A DNA stretch of 64,000 bases from Yuukianura sp. NJ FZ-2021 (lineage: Eukaryota): the NCBI GenBank assembly GCA_046563655.1, contig CM102285.1, forward strand, positions 10,478,001 to 10,542,000. The letters are read 5' to 3'. Shown here piece by piece: positions 12,779 to 24,278 of the stretch. The first letter of the stretch is position 1. Each line of letters starts with the position of its first letter. The position numbers and the translations under genes are program-made. The notes under the pieces were generated by a model. It was not told where the DNA came from. It did not search any database and was given only the letters and a program-made list of their open reading frames with translations.

Positions 12779-15700
12779 TTATCTCAAATCGGCGTCTCTC
12801 GCGTGCCGCGTTGCTACCACGCTATCGATTGGTCCTCTATTAATTGTAGAAGCGTTTCTTGATGTAAGTTGACTCGACCCTCGACCTTGACTTGACCCCT
12901 GACCTTGACTCGTCCCTTGACCCCTCCGTTGTGTTGACAAGAAAATTGGAGATGCGGTTCTAGCTTCATAATATTGAAGTTCTTGTTCAATGTCATCAGA
13001 TCCGTCAGCGCTTGTGTATATGACGGGTAGATGGCTACGATCTGTATAACCCAAGCGCTGGCTACTTTGCTGTACGTCCAAATCTGAATCCGAGTCTGAC
13101 TCGTCCGTGGTATCATCAAGGTGGCGATTAGCAACTGCTGCTGGTCGATTTCGCCTTTCATTTCTGTTGTTGCCATCATTGTTTCTGTTGTTGTCCACTG
13201 GGGGGACAAGGTCGTCCCCCTCATGATGCTCCACCCCTTCTTCCGCATACAGAATCTCATGACACAGAGGACAAGTATTCTGGATGTAAAGCCACTTCCG
13301 TAGACAAGCTGCATGGAACAGATGACCACACAGTGTCACTTTAGCAGAATCCATTTCCTCCTGAATTGAAATCACACAAAAATTAATGTAAAACTGTAAA
13401 CTAATTCATTAATTTTATAAATGAATTAATGAATTCGTACATAGCAAATTGCACAGACGTCATCCCGCCTTCTCTCCAATTGTTCAGCAGTAGCGTCACT
13501 CAGCGAGTCAATTTTCCTGGACGCTGATCGTCGCTGAACATAAACTCTCCAGCCTTTCTTCCCTTCCAGCCAAATGTTAAAGTAAGCGTGAATGGCCATA
13601 CCCAGAGCTGTGAAATATGAAAATAAACAAAAAAATTCAAAATTCAAAAATTTAAATCTCGCGCCAGTACATTTGGAATCCAGAAAAGTTTATTTTACCG
13701 CGAATAGCTGAAGCCGACTCAAACAGAAATATCCACACGGCATTCCCCAGGAGGAAGATTCCCGTGACAAATTCGGCACTTTGGGAGAACGCTTTGAGGT
13801 AGAAGATGATGTTGTCGTTGTCCAACTGGTCGCCAAAAGTTGTCACAAAATGGGCAAGAGCGTCTGGCACTAAGGCACGAAGCGACATACGGATTCGATG
13901 CACTACTATTGGAGTGTCCACCCGTTGAGCAAAGTACACAAAGAGTGAAACGAGAAGGGACACGATAATTTTTATCTTAAATTCCAACGCTAACGCTGCA
14001 AAAACAGAACAAAAACGGTTAAAATCTTCTTTTCCCGCAAGTTTTTAAATCATTGACAGTTTTTAGTACCTAGTACTGCCATGGACCATGTTGATATTTC
14101 GGATGAGTAAAGAAGAACAATGCAACACCAGAAAGAACCCACGAGGAACACCACTGATAGCACCGCTGCACGAATTTGTAGTGCCCGGAAGGATCGAAAG
14201 GCATGAAGAAGTGGAGCCACCTACAATATTTAAAGAAAAATGCAAATTGGTAAATCAGTTTACGTTTCACAAACGTTGATCGAGAGTTACCATTTGGTGC
14301 ACGGCGTGTAGCAACGCCGTTGACAACAACACCATGTTTTTCATCAGTCTGTCTAACCGTTTATCTGGCATTAGCGACGTGAGGGAAGTCTGGAGACACA
14401 AAATGAAAAAAAGTATGGTCGTGATTGATCCAAAGCGATTTACGTCGGCTTCAGAATTTGTCCCTCGGTATAATATCCACATGAGAAAGGCACCAATCTG
14501 TACACAAAACGTTAAAATGTCATTTTCAAATGGAAAATTTCAATGTAAAAGTTTGCAGCTAATGTTAGCAAGTTTAACTACTAAATTAGCTTGTTAGTGA
14601 ATGCTGACCTGGTGAGCGAGTCCTGAAACTGTCAGGGTAAGTCCAATGATGCCGAGAAGTGTTTCAGTTCCATTTGTAGTGACTAATCGAAGTGTATTTG
14701 AAAGAGAATGATTGGGAAGATTGACAAACAGGTCAAAAAGTGCTCGTGATAGCCAAAAAAGGCGAAAAACGACGTTGATCCGAAGCCTGCCTGTTTCACG
14801 CTGAATGAGATGACTGATTCCATAATCGTTTCGTACCCGCTTTGTGTCTTCCCAGGAAGCACAAAGAAAGTGATAAAGTTTCGGAACTCCTACCCAGAGT
14901 GATCCCTGAGAAACATACAAGTTTTAAAATTATTGTGAATCAAGTTTTGAATCAAAACTAACGATAAGTTGTATGTCAAAACCAGCTTACCTGAAGGAGA
15001 ATGACGATCGAGAAGAACATGAATTCCGGAATTGCAACAACTCCCGACACAAAGAATAGCGAAAACATCAACGCATCCATGACGTTTAAAATTGCAGCGG
15101 ATATGGCAGAATGTGGGCAGTAAGGGTATCCGCCTGGCCACATTCTGCTGACGAAGTATGTCGCTGCAAGGAACCCTCGAACGGCAATGTTCAGCAACAA
15201 ACGACGAGTCGTCGCCCAGCATAGTGTCGTCACCATCAGAGGTTTGACATACCAGCTTAAGTAAACTGACGAGAAAGCCAGCAGGTACGAATAGAGTTTC
15301 ACTAGATTCTTTGTAGACAGAACAAAGCACACGAGGGCAGCTGCGCATACTGCAAAAATCAAAACGCGAAGTATTTAGTTAATTGCAATGTCAAACTTAA
15401 TTGTTGTTGTAATTCGTAAATGTACTTACCTTGAAGCAGAAAAAGAACTTTGAGAACTTTAAAAATGTCGCCGAGTACAGTCTGGGCAGCATCGAATCCT
15501 TCTATCTCTAGACGCATGTAGTGAACAGGATCTTCTAACGGGGCACTACCAGAGGAATCATCAATTGATGCCGAATTGAGCAGAGACCCGAAGATACCGG
15601 ATATGGAAGTCACGCCTTGGATCAACGACGACACAAATGGTGGCACATATAGTGGAAGTGGTACTTCTTCAATGACAGTTTCTGTCGAATCTTCACTCCA

Positions 15701-15841
15701 AATTATCCCAGAGTCACTGTAACTCATACCCCATTTGTCGCCAAGTCCAAAGTTGTGTCGGAATATCTCATCGATGACGAGCAACGGAGGGACCCGCAGG
15801 AGAGATTCGCAGGCCTGGAAGATCTTGTTGCGGAGGACCAT
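12779..15841 (-). CDS. TRC8: TRC8/RNF139(RNF145)-family multi-pass membrane RING-H2 E3 ubiquitin ligase, copy 1
   Basis: N-terminal LRVPPLLVIDEIF, hydrophobic segments, HAYFNIWL and RING-H2 DDVCAICY/EEMDSAKVTLCGHLFHAACLRKWLYIQNTCPLCH; multi-exon, no disablement seen. Confidence 0.92.
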
Positions 15842-16104
15842 TGTAACGAATTTCGGGAAGACTTTTAGACTAAATGACGTTTGAACTTATGAGTTACGAC
15901 ATTGCAGTACAATTTCGGCCTTCCTTATGCACAACCAGAGTGTCAGTCTGTGAATGTCTTCCTCTTCAGAATAATGCTTCAGGGATTTGTTGTTGTTTCA
16001 CCTAACTTCCTCGTTAAACTGGCGTCAATGGATAATGGAATCCGGTCCCCTTGGAAACAGTTTTCCTTCCCAATCGGTATACCTTAAGAAAACGAAAACG
16101 ATAA

Positions 16105-16213
16105 CCTGGATAAACTGGATAACCTGGTGTAGATTTTGTCAATTTGTTTTTACCTACAACCTACCTACCTACCTACCTACCTACAACCTCTATTACATTT
16201 CTACCACATTGTC
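16105..16213. repeat. 109-bp palindrome spacer containing a (CCTA)n microsatellite and short CTGGATAA repeats
   Basis: CCTGGATAAACTGGATAACCTGG...TACCTACAACCTACCTACCTACCTACCTACCTACAACCTC between the arm ends. Confidence 0.9.
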
Positions 16214-16476
16214 TTATCGTTTTCGTTTTCTTAAGGTATACCGATTGGGAAGGAAAACTGTTTCCAAGGGGACCGGATTCCATTATCCATTGACGCCAGT
16301 TTAACGAGGAAGTTAGGTGAAACAACAACAAATCCCTGAAGCATTATTCTGAAGAGGAAGACATTCACAGACTGACACTCTGGTTGTGCATAAGGAAGGC
16401 CGAAATTGTACTGCAATGTCGTAACTCATAAGTTCAAACGTCATTTAGTCTAAAAGTCTTCCCGAAATTCGTTACA

Positions 16477-19400
16477 ATGGTCCTCCGCAACAAGATCTTC
16501 CAGGCCTGCGAATCTCTCCTGCGGGTCCCTCCGTTGCTCGTCATCGATGAGATATTCCGACACAACTTTGGACTTGGCGACAAATGGGGTATGAGTTACA
16601 GTGACTCTGGGATAATTTGGAGTGAAGATTCGACAGAAACTGTCATTGAAGAAGTACCACTTCCACTATATGTGCCACCATTTGTGTCGTCGTTGATCCA
16701 AGGCGTGACTTCCATATCCGGTATCTTCGGGTCTCTGCTCAATTCGGCATCAATTGATGATTCCTCTGGTAGTGCCCCGTTAGAAGATCCTGTTCACTAC
16801 ATGCGTCTAGAGATAGAAGGATTCGATGCTGCCCAGACTGTACTCGGCGACATTTTTAAAGTTCTCAAAGTTCTTTTTCTGCTTCAAGGTAAGTACATTT
16901 ACGAATTACAACAACAATTAAGTTTGACATTGCAATTAACTAAATACTTCGCGTTTTGATTTTTGCAGTATGCGCAGCTGCCCTCGTGTGCTTTGTTCTG
17001 TCTACAAAGAATCTAGTGAAACTCTATTCGTACCTGCTGGCTTTCTCGTCAGTTTACTTAAGCTGGTATGTCAAACCTCTGATGGTGACGACACTATGCT
17101 GGGCGACGACTCGTCGTTTGTTGCTGAACATTGCCGTTCGAGGGTTCCTTGCAGCGACATACTTCGTCAGCAGAATGTGGCCAGGCGGATACCCTTACTG
17201 CCCACATTCTGCCATATCCGCTGCAATTTTAAACGTCATGGATGCGTTGATGTTTTCGCTATTCTTTGTGTCGGGAGTTGTTGCAATTCCGGAATTCATG
17301 TTCTTCTCGATCGTCATTCTCCTTCAGGTAAGCTGGTTTTGACATACAACTTATCGTTAGTTTTGATTCAAAACTTGATTCACAATAATTTTAAAACTTG
17401 TATGTTTCTCAGGGATCACTCTGGGTAGGAGTTCCGAAACTTTATCACTTTCTTTGTGCTTCCTGGGAAGACACAAAGCGGGTACGAAACGATTATGGAA
17501 TCAGTCATCTCATTCAGCGTGAAACAGGCAGGCTTCGGATCAACGTCGTTTTTCGCCTTTTTTGGCTATCACGAGCACTTTTTGACCTGTTTGTCAATCT
17601 TCCCAATCATTCTCTTTCAAATACACTTCGATTAGTCACTACAAATGGAACTGAAACACTTCTCGGCATCATTGGACTTACCCTGACAGTTTCAGGACTC
17701 GCTCACCAGGTCAGCATTCACTAACAAGCTAATTTAGTAGTTAAACTTGCTAACATTAGCTGCAAACTTTTACATTGAAATTTTCCATTTGAAAATGACA
17801 TTTTAACGTTTTGTGTACAGATTGGTGCCTTTCTCATGTGGATATTATACCGAGGGACAAATTCTGAAGCCGACGTAAATCGCTTTGGATCAATCACGAC
17901 CATACTTTTTTTCATTTTGTGTCTCCAGACTTCCCTCACGTCGCTAATGCCAGATAAACGGTTAGACAGACTGATGAAAAACATGGTGTTGTTGTCAACG
18001 GCGTTGCTACACGCCGTGCACCAAATGGTAACTCTCGATCAACGTTTGTGAAACGTAAACTGATTTACCAATTTGCATTTTTCTTTAAATATTGTAGGTG
18101 GCTCCACTTCTTCATGCCTTTCGATCCTTCCGGGCACTACAAATTCGTGCAGCGGTGCTATCAGTGGTGTTCCTCGTGGGTTCTTTCTGGTGTTGCATTG
18201 TTCTTCTTTACTCATCCGAAATATCAACATGGTCCATGGCAGTACTAGGTACTAAAAACTGTCAATGATTTAAAAACTGGCGGGAAAAGAAGATTTTAAC
18301 CGTTTTTGTTCTGTTTTTGCAGCGTTAGCGTTGGAATTTAAGATAAAAATTATCGTGTCCCTTCTCGTTTCACTCTTTGTGTACTTTGCTCAACGGGTGG
18401 ACACTCCAATAGTAGTGCATCGAATCCGTATGTCGCTTCGTGCCTTAGTGCCAGACGCTCTTGCCCATTTTGTGACAACTTTTGGCGACCAGTTGGACAA
18501 CGACAACATCATCTTCTACCTCAAAGCGTTCTCCCAAAGTGCCGAATTTGTCACGGGAATCTTCCTCCTGGGGAATGCCGTGTGGATATTTCTGTTTGAG
18601 TCGGCTTCAGCTATTCGCGGTAAAATAAACTTTTCTGGATTCCAAATGTACTGGCGCGAGATTTAAATTTTTGAATTTTGAATTTTTTTGTTTATTTTCA
18701 TATTTCACAGCTCTGGGTATGGCCATTCACGCTTACTTTAACATTTGGCTGGAAGGGAAGAAAGGCTGGAGAGTTTATGTTCAGCGACGATCAGCGTCCA
18801 GGAAAATTGACTCGCTGAGTGACGCTACTGCTGAACAATTGGAGAGAAGGCGGGATGACGTCTGTGCAATTTGCTATGTACGAATTCATTAATTCATTTA
18901 TAAAATTAATGAATTAGTTTACAGTTTTACATTAATTTTTGTGTGATTTCAATTCAGGAGGAAATGGATTCTGCTAAAGTGACACTGTGTGGTCATCTGT
19001 TCCATGCAGCTTGTCTACGGAAGTGGCTTTACATCCAGAATACTTGTCCTCTGTGTCATGAGATTCTGTATGCGGAAGAAGGGGTGGAGCATCATGAGGG
19101 GGACGACCTTGTCCCCCCAGTGGACAACAACAGAAACAATGATGGCAACAACAGAAATGAAAGGCGAAATCGACCAGCAGCAGTTGCTAATCGCCACCTT
19201 GATGATACCACGGACGAGTCAGACTCGGATTCAGATTTGGACGTACAGCAAAGTAGCCAGCGCTTGGGTTATACAGATCGTAGCCATCTACCCGTCATAT
19301 ACACAAGCGCTGACGGATCTGATGACATTGAACAAGAACTTCAATATTATGAAGCTAGAACCGCATCTCCAATTTTCTTGTCAACACAACGGAGGGGTCA

Positions 19401-19539
19401 AGGGACGAGTCAAGGTCAGGGGTCAAGTCAAGGTCGAGGGTCGAGTCAACTTACATCAAGAAACGCTTCTACAATTAATAGAGGACCAATCGATAGCGTG
19501 GTAGCAACGCGGCACGCGAGAGACGCCGATTTGAGATAA
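16477..19539 (+). CDS. TRC8: TRC8/RNF139-family RING-H2 E3 ligase, copy 2 (same protein as copy 1)
   Basis: Mirror of 12779-15841; all ORF translations are identical; first introns at 16889-16968 and from 17328. Confidence 0.92.
19396..19449 (+). repeat. 3 x 18-bp coding tandem repeat (GQGTSQ GQGSSQ GRGSSQ) in the TRC8 tail; mirrored in the left arm
   Basis: GGTCAAGGGACGAGTCAA GGTCAGGGGTCAAGTCAA GGTCGAGGGTCGAGTCAA. Confidence 0.85.
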
Positions 19540-20136
19540 TATAAAACCTCCTTCACCCGTTTTTAGTTTTTTTTCGATTTCGAAATTAAATGCGCCTTCC
19601 AAATTCTGTTTTTAAAAAATGTGGCAATTTTTAAATCTTTTATTTTTGTGAGTGTGTCTTTACTGCGTGGTAGTTTCAACTTTTTGAATTTAATTAATTA
19701 ATTTTAAGTAATTTAATGTATTGGGTTGTGCATTAGAGTTAACTTGCTTTAACTATTTATCGTTTAACTTGATCCATGGCGCTTCCTCTCGAATAGTCTA
19801 AATTTACTGCTCAAATAAACTCGAGTTTGCCAAAAACAGAACCAATGAAAAAAATAATTCAAAGTACTATCGTGTGTTCCAAAATTAACTACGACGCCAC
19901 TCTCATTTCGTGTGGATAAGAGTGGAGACGCTTCGGATGGAATTTGAGCGGGAGAGGAAGTCATGGAGGGAAAATTTTGGCGGTCGGTTGGACTTGACAA
20001 GTCATTCATTCTTGGTATTTACTTGGATTTCAGTTTTAATTGGGATTAGTTTTGATTGTTTTAAAGTTAATTACTGTTAATTATGGTTAGACTTAATACT
20101 GAAGAAAGAGTATTTGTGGTCGAAACGTTATAAACG

Positions 20137-20241
20137 TCATTCCAACCGAAATAAGAACAAAGACGGTATCCTGCTTTCGAACTTTCTCCGAAATTGAGAA
20201 ATCAAGTACTTGTTTCAGAAGCTTCCGCTTCTCGCTGGCTT
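20137..20241 (-). pseudogene. NPEPPS: Inverted copy of the 105-bp NPEPPS exon fragment
   Basis: Reverse complement of 12077-12181. Confidence 0.93.
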
Positions 20242-20250
20242 ATTTACGTT

Positions 20251-20831
20251 CGATTCGGGCTCGTTTACGTTCTATTTCTTATTTCTGAAGGGCTAAAATC
20301 AAAACACTTGGATCATGCGGCTAGTCATTTTGGAAAGACAATTGGAATCACAAATTTCATTAGATCACTTCCGCATTCTCGAAGGACACGCCGAATTTTA
20401 GTACCACAAGATCTTCTTCTAAAACATACTCTGTCACAGGAGAACTTTATTCGCGTGGATGAGACTGAGAAGATACAGAATCTAGTGTTTGAAATGGCTT
20501 CCCAAGCAGTTGCTCATTATGAACATGTAACGTTCTACTCGTCATTGTTTTCCATAATTCGAAATCGCAAATTCTAATCCAGTTGCTTTTGGTGACAGGC
20601 TAAAACACTGAAGGAGTCTATTGCAGATGAGATCAAGCGAATAGGTTATACAGGTGCTGGTGCTAGTGCTAGTCCCGAAATAGTGTTCATGGCAGCTCTT
20701 CCTTCCAAGTTGTACCTTGATAGGTTGCAGAAATGTGGATTCAGCCCGTATGATCCGTCTCTGATGAGACGCTACGGCCTTCTTCCTTGGCTACTTTTCT
20801 ATAACAAATTTCGGAAACGATACTATATTGA
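20251..20831 (+). pseudogene. NDUFAF6: Inverted NDUFAF6 3' fragment
   Basis: Mirror of 11487-12067, sharing the 12-bp and 2-bp insertions. Confidence 0.88.
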
Positions 20832-20912
20832 CTACTACATATTAGCTAAAGACATCCAGAACAATATTAGAACTTAAGTACCAAGCACTCAGCTCGTACA
20901 CAGTATCGACTT

Positions 20913-21687
20913 TGAATTTACGAAACGGTTCATCAAAGCAGCGTTTCCTGACTCGACACAAGTTCAAAGGGACCTTGAGCTGATTCTAAGAAGGGTAAAT
21001 ACAAATATTTATTTAAGTTTACAGATTTTAACAGTGCTGTCCTTGATGCTAAAAACGTTGGATACGTTTTGGTTTTAGACGTTTGTACTTGGAAGAAAAA
21101 ATCAGAAGATGCAACGGTCATTGGCTACTTCTAGCCCTCCGAAGAAACCGAAATTGAAGCGGAAGTCAAAGCCAGTAGAAACTCCATCACCACTCAGAAA
21201 ACACCAAAGCAAGGTCAAGTTTGTCAAATCCATTGGAGTAATCAAAAATGAGAAAGTTCCACCACGTCTTCCTTATGCAGATTTTGTCGAAATCAACGCT
21301 ATGTGGAACAGTTATGTCGCTGAATTGTGCGGGTAAGTACTTGGTTCTGAAACTAGCATAAAGACTTGCTCTATTAAATAGTGCAGAATGCTTTTGGCTG
21401 ATTTTAACTTTGTAAAGAATCAATTCCTTACTTTAGATCCGATACTGACCCGAGTGAAATTCAAGCAAAATTGAACAAAATGGATTTACACGGAGCTCAT
21501 GTCAAAGTTCTCAAACATTCAGAACACAACACCAAACACGTCGTGGAAGGCATCGTGTTGAAGGAGACGAAGGAAACGTTTCAAATTGTAACAGTTGACA
21601 ATAAGTCCAGGCGTGAGTGCCAGTATTTTCTTATTTTAATCTAGTTTTGAAAACCGAAAAAAACTTCACAAACGTATTTTTCTGTTG
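20913..21687 (+). pseudogene. POP4: Inverted internal POP4 fragment (no start codon, no last exon)
   Basis: Shares the 167-bp deletion; ends just before the last intron acceptor; more diverged (LKHSEHNTKHVVEG vs LKNSEHNANHVLEG). Confidence 0.87.
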
Positions 21688-21700
21688 TATATATGTTTAC

Positions 21701-22980
21701 CAGCTTGGATCATTCCTTGGAGCAAAGTTTCTTCAGAAGTCACTCGTTGCCATTTTGAAAATGGATGGGATCTTTGGACAAGGAGAGAAGGCGACGAATC
21801 GAAAGAAAATATTTGATCAGCGAGTCAAAGCTGTTCTAAAATCCATTGCAGCTAAAATCCCTCTAAGGAATTCGCTGCCATCAATTCGGAAGGTCTTCCA
21901 GGATGTCATTGCCTTTGATGATTTTCACCACACAAATTCAATTGTGCTTCTAATTGATCTTTTAAAAGAAACGCTGGCCAATACACCAAAACCAGATTTT
22001 ACGACGCTGTTTCCAATGGTCTGCGACTCATTTCTCACGGATTTTCTATCCTACCGTCAACGAGTATGTAAAATGGAGCAGGGCGATGAGATGAAGATTT
22101 CGAAAGAAGATTTATTCTTGGTTGAAAACACTATTTTGGAATGTCTTACAAATGGAATCGTTCTCAAAGTATCGGAAGGAGTTTTTCGATATTTTTATCA
22201 CAAGATGTTTGATTGGACTGGTGAAAACTTAGACCGGCTTATAACATTCTACCGGTAAGTCTAAAAACATATCCTTACATCACATAGTATGCACTTTGAT
22301 ATTTCTAGAATTAACGGTTTTAACTTACCGTTCCAGATTCAGCGCCAACGCTGCCGAAAAACTAAAGAGTTTGTTCGTAACGTTTTCTGGTTACGTGCTT
22401 AGCCATGGAGCAGAAAATTTGAATGTGGATTTGGAGTTGACACGATCAATTTTGAAGTACTTTTACCATATCTTCTCAAACGATCGTGAAGGATTCATCA
22501 CTGTTGACCGTTTCAACAGTTTGGTGAAACCATTGGTGGATTTGGTAAGTACATTTCTCAATGGAATGTTTAGGTTCATACCTGTATGTGTCAATTCAAT
22601 ATGTGTTTTCTGCTCTGAATTCTTAGCTTGAATCCGAGCACACGATCAATGGCGACATTGACATCAAAGACGTCAGGGACAATTTGATCCAACTGGCCGT
22701 CGCGACGAATGACTTGAACCGCTGGCAACATCTTGTAGAATTGATTTCGACAAAGTGTCAGCATCCTAACAGAAACGTTCGACTCTACGTTATTTCAACT
22801 ATTGCTGCTGCTGCAAGTGAGCTTGGGAAAGACTTCCTTCCTCTTCTTCCTCCAGCAGTTCCATTCTTGGCAGAGTTACTCAACGATGAAGATGAAGAGG
22901 TCGAGAAAGAAACAAAGAGAATGCTGCTCAAACTGGAAGAAATTGTTGGAGAACCATTACAACCCTATTTTGTTATGTAA
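21701..22980 (+). pseudogene. HEATR1: 5'-truncated HEATR1 copy (last exons only)
   Basis: Begins mid-exon at QLGSFLGAKF (=9071) after a 13-bp filler and runs to the same stop; frame intact but no start or 5' exons. Confidence 0.85.
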
Positions 22981-23071
22981 AAAATAGACAACTTTTAATT
23001 GCTGAGGAATTAGCTAACCAGAGTTTAACTTTTAGAAAAACATAAAGTTAATAAGAGTAATACTATAACAA

Positions 23072-24143
23072 TCAAGGATTAAGTTGTGAATAAATCAGCT
23101 GCCTTTTATATGCATCGACTCCTACAAAGTCAACGAAAGATTTCATCTTCTTGCAAACACGTTCTGCTGGCCGAGTTCGAAACATGTTTCCAACAATTTG
23201 CATTGTTCCAGCTGGCTTCTCCAACTTAACTTCCAGTATTGTGTCTTTCTTGGGAATTACTGCAACGGAAAAATACGTTTGTGGAGTTTTTCTGTTTTCA
23301 AAACTAACATTAAAAAAAATAAGAAAATACTGGTACTCACGCCTGGACTTATTGTCAACTGTTACAATTTGAAACGTTTCCTTCGTTTCCTTCAACACGA
23401 TGCCTTCCAAGACATGGTTGGCGTTGTGTTCTGAATTTTTGAGAACTTTGACATGTACTCCGTGTAAATCCATTTTGTTCAATTTTGCTTGAATTTCATT
23501 CGGGTCAGTATCGGATCTAAAGTAAGGAATTGTTTCTTTACAAAGTTAAAATCAGCCAATAACGAATTCTGCACACGGTTTTCATGTAAGTTTCCAAACA
23601 AAGTACTTACCCGCACAATTCAGCGACATAACTGTTCCACATAGAGTTGATTTCGACGAAATCTGCATAAGGGAGACGTGGTGGAACTTTCTCATTTTTG
23701 ATTACTCCAATGGATTTGAGAAACTTGACCTTGCTTTGGTGTTTTCTGAGTGGTGATGGAGTTTCTGCTGGCTTTGACTTCCGCTTCAATTTCGGTTTCT
23801 TCGAAGGGCTAGAAGTAGCCAATGACCGTTGCATCTTCTGATTTTTTCTTCCAAGTACAAACGTCTAAAACCAAAACGTATCCAACGTTTTTAGCATCAA
23901 GGACAGCACTGTTAAAATCTGTAAACTTAAATAAATATTTGTATTTACCCTTCTTAGAGTCAGCTCAAGGTCCCGTTGAACCTGTGTCGAGTCAGGAAAC
24001 GCTGCTTTGATGAAGCGTTTCGTAAATTCATAGTCTTCGTCTTGCAAACGGCTCGAATCGACAGATCCATCTGCGTTAATCTTGGAATACTTCGCTTCAT
24101 TCAGTTTCTTTGATGAAACTTCGAGTGTGTCTTCATTGTCCAT
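23072..24143 (-). CDS. POP4: Ribonuclease P/MRP protein subunit p29 (POP4/RPP29), intact multi-exon copy
   Basis: MDNEDTLEV... start; INSMWNSYV; KMDLHG.HVKVLK...EGIVLKETKETFQIVT..N....IPKKDTIL...GNMFRTRPAER, characteristic of Rpp29. Confidence 0.9.
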
Positions 24144-24278
24144 GATGACTTTAAAATTTAAAAAACAAATAAGCATTCAATTCAAATTAGTTTATTCAAG
24201 TCGATACTGTGTACGAGCTGAGTGCTAGGTACTTAAGTTCTAATATTGTTCTGGATGTCTTTAGCTAATATGTAGTAG

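Larger units (their letters stand above)
10633..16104. repeat. Left arm of ~11 kb palindrome (~5.47 kb)
   Basis: ORFs mirror around coordinate sum 32318 (e.g. 15841/16477, 12779/19539); arm ends ...GAAAACGATAA at 16104. Confidence 0.98.
16214..21687. repeat. Right arm of ~11 kb palindrome
   Basis: Begins TTATCGTTTTCGTTTTC, the reverse complement of the left arm end; similarity ends in the last POP4 intron at ~21687. Confidence 0.98.

Noticed and set aside
16105..16213. CRISPR-like or telomeric array at the palindrome centre
   Set aside because: Eukaryotic context, no repeat-spacer periodicity, and the unit is CCTA (4-mer) rather than CCTAA.
18989..19504. 171-aa alternative-frame ORF overlapping the TRC8 last exon
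   Set aside because: Shadow frame of a real exon with no recognisable domain; the same applies to the many antisense ORFs over HEATR1 and NPEPPS.
10633..21687. Palindrome as a pure whole-genome-amplification fold-back chimera
   Set aside because: Not favoured because the arms differ (inner SNP and indels, clearly diverged outer ~600 bp) and the spacer is unique; cannot be fully excluded without reads.
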